Below are positions 61,494-64,000 of a stretch of 64,000 nt of DNA, in pieces; position 1 is the first letter of the stretch; each line of letters begins with the position of its first letter. Location: contig WELB01000002.1 of NCBI GenBank assembly GCA_009602725.1, forward strand, positions 2,048,775 through 2,112,774. The letters run 5' to 3'. The notes beneath the pieces are model-generated. The model saw nothing but the letters and a program-made list of their open reading frames with translations, searched no databases and was not told where the DNA came from. Made by a program: the position numbers and the translations under genes. The stretch comes from Spirogloea muscicola (taxonomy: Eukaryota).

Positions 61494-62274
61494 CTAAATG
61501 AGTTTGCTCTTAGAGGCAAGGGTCAGGCACTCACGCTTGCCACTGGAGTTGCCCTTGTCTCGGCCCATCGGGCGATGTGGACGTGGCCTCGAGGAAGATG
61601 GACCTTCCGCCGGGCAGTCCTTGATCTGGTGGCTCTTGCCATAGCAGCCACCACCACTTCCACCCGCGGGCCAGCACCTGTCACGCGTGGCTTCTCTAGC
61701 CGCCGTGGGAACGAGCATTTGAGCCCTCCTTAGGATTAACCCTCTCCCTGCCCTGCTCTGCCTTTTGCAGATCTGCCTGCCTCCAGCAGGGGACGCTTGC
61801 CACGCCCAATATCCGGCGTGCTAAGCACCTTCCGGACGTGCTCCACCATCTTGGAGAAATCCGTAGAACACCTTGATAGCAGCGGTCCGAAGCCACCCAC
61901 GAGCGCATATCGAAAGGCAGCCCAGCCTCAGAGCGCTAGCACTGATCAATCGCCCTCATAGGCTCGCTGCGCAGCTTGGACAGCAGCAGCCTGGAACGCC
62001 GCACGTAGGGCTCGAAGTCGACGCTCCTCTCGCCACGTGCAGCCCCGCATGTGGATCGCCATAGGCCGACATGAGCTGCTCGGAGAAGAACTCCCATATT
62101 GTTGTACTCAACGGGCGTCTTGGACCTCTCAATGGCATCCCACCACTCGCGAGGCTCCCATGCCGGTCGCGGCGAGCGTCACCCTGGCTGTTGCGTCCGC
62201 TTCCGTGGTGTCAAACCATTCAGACATTTCACTCAGCCACGCCTGCAGCCCACCCCGATCATCCTGACCGGTGA
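61494..62274 (-). pseudogene. Gypsy gag remnant
   Basis: WLSEMSEWFDT..RVTLAA..EWW-like segment, WEFFSEQLMSAYGDP, and zinc-knuckle remnant CYGKSHQIKDCP. Confidence 0.65.
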
Positions 62275-63119
62275 TGTAGCCTTCCGCCCGTCTGGGCGCA
62301 TTACCCTCCTACTATCGCGTACATGTGGTATCTGTCGCGCTGTAATGAATCAGCCGTTTTGCAAAGCCACATGGCTCTGTTGGCATTACATGACCGGCTA
62401 TTTGGGACAAGTGGGCCCGCTGGGTGGCGGGCTGGCTTGCTGGGCAAGTGGCCCGCCTAGGTGCGGGCCCCGCCCGTCCAGAAATACCCCTCGCTAGGAT
62501 CCACCCGTTCAAGGGAGGATCTTTGGCCCGCCGCAAGGCGAGCCATGGGGCGACACGCTCACACCCCTGGATGGGGGTTGGCAGGCACGAAGAGCCTTGG
62601 GCTGAGGCTTGCCAGGAGTTCGAACCGGTGAAGCTTAGGAGCCCTGCCGCTGCTCGCCGCCGCAGCCGTTGCCGCACTCTGCTGCGGGGCCTGCTGCGCC
62701 GGCCTGCGCCCTGGAGGTGGAGTCGCCGCCGGATAGCGGCGCCACAGGGCCTGTCTTCCGATGCGCCTATGCGCTAGTGCTTTGCCTGTGTAGTGGGTTG
62801 GTCCCCAAACCCCCTACAGCCGAACTCAATAAAGATTGCTCACCCTGACTGCGTGTGTAGGGCGAGGTCCTTACAGACGCTGTCCATTCCCCTGTATTCT
62901 CCCGCTTGCATTGTCTTCTACCGCCAGCGTCGTGCCGCTTGGCGTGACCCCTTTATTGTGGTACCTTCGAGGTCCGCCCGTGGACGTCTCATGTCCTAGG
63001 GGTCCCTTGAGATTCGCCCGTGGACGTCACATGTCCACCCTACGGTACCCTCGAGGTCTTCACGTTGACGTGACATGTTCCCGCGACCGATCGTCATGAG
63101 GCCCGCCCCTGACGGGGTG
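62275..63119 (+). mobile_element. LTR, family D, interrupted by family A LTRs
   Basis: Start TGTAGCCTTCCGCCCGTCTGGGCGCA matches the reverse complement of ~36990-37052. Contains a ~41-bp unit repeated three times at ~62960-63080. Confidence 0.65.
62341..62875 (+). mobile_element. Solo LTR, family A
   Basis: TGTAAT...CTTACA termini; collinear with 29714-30264. TSD only partial. Confidence 0.88.
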
Positions 63120-63224
63120 TGTAACGATCCAGCCGTTTGGTCATGCCACACGGTGCTGTTAGCGTTACATGACCGATAGCCGCTTGATGGACAAGTGGGC
63201 CCGCCCAGGTGCGGGCAACTTCCG
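63120..63224 (+). mobile_element. 5' part of a family A LTR
   Basis: Matches 38132-38236, then is cut by a new TGTAAC terminus. Confidence 0.85.
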
Positions 63225-64000
63225 TGTAACGTCCCCGCCATTACGGGACGCGAAACTTCGAGTTAAGCGCCGCGCGAGGTGTTGTGCGGTGTGACGCGCC
63301 TGCTGACGATGTGACGTGCAGGCGCGCCGCCTCCAGCCGAGGCGGCGAACCTGGTCTTCCAGAGCAGAACTTCTCGGCATATTCCTGATTCTGCCGTCGT
63401 GCCCGCAATGACGTGTATGGGACATGTGTCGCGCGCCTGTGACGCCGCGCGACACCCGTGACTCACTGGCGGCGCCGCAAGGCCCCGCCGCAAGGCGGCA
63501 CCGCAGGGCGCCGCTCGGCGGCGCCGCAGGGCGGCCGCCGCCTCCAGAAGGGAGCCGCGTGGTCTGCCCTCGCACTAGATTCCCCGTATCGGGCCCGCCT
63601 TCCGAAGGTGGGCCCTGAGACGAATCTCCCAGAGACCCCTGGGGAGGGTGGCACATGAAGCACTACAAGTAGGGCTGAGAGCGGACTCAGAGGCAACTCG
63701 GTCAAATTCAGTGAAGCCCGCGAGAGAGAGGCGCAGCCCTGCTGCCGCCTGCTGCCGCAGCCCGCCGACGCAGCTCTGCTGCTGCCCGCTGCTGCAGCCC
63801 GTCGCCGCAATCCGTTGTCGCGGATCTTAGACGGCTCTCTGTGAGTAAGACTGTGGCTGCTCCCTCGGGGACAGTCGCTGGCCCGTACCTGAGAGGTGAG
63901 TCGCTGCCTGTCTGCAGCGCCTCAGGGCGAGACTTCCGCTGCGTATCACACGTGGTGCTTTCACTGTGCTGGGGGTTTGTCTCTAAACCCCAGCGACCGA
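63225..64000 (+). mobile_element. LTR, family B-related, running off the window
   Basis: Starts TGTAACGTCCCC; 63585-64000 is collinear with 32515-32910. Confidence 0.85.

Overview
GC-rich eukaryotic nuclear DNA with GT-AG introns and plant-type genes (ORANGE, BPI/LBP, DnaJ-like zinc finger). A green alga, probably a streptophyte, is my inference and the species is not identified. Positions 1-28.3 kb are gene-dense with nine spliced genes: a partial extensin-like gene, BPI/LBP, a cupin-fold protein, a DGAT2-family acyltransferase, a DnaJ-like zinc-finger protein, isobutyryl-CoA dehydrogenase, a permuted-papain-like protein, CWC15 and ORANGE. Six of them form three head-to-head pairs with CpG-rich 5' ends. 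Positions 28.6-64 kb hold decayed retroelements: nested chromodomain-bearing Ty3/Gypsy elements (two with both LTRs and a TSD), solo LTRs and an APE-type LINE remnant. The most unusual signal is a set of CRE-like (RT plus restriction-like endonuclease) non-LTR retrotransposon 3' ends. They share an invariant GGCTG...CAGCC hairpin and a pyrimidine rather than poly-A end, insert into each other's tails, and in the gene-rich half occur only upstream of start codons. A mitochondrial-type rps11 fragment sits inside a Gypsy integrase. All calls come from manual reading without database searches, and boundaries marked ~ are approximate.
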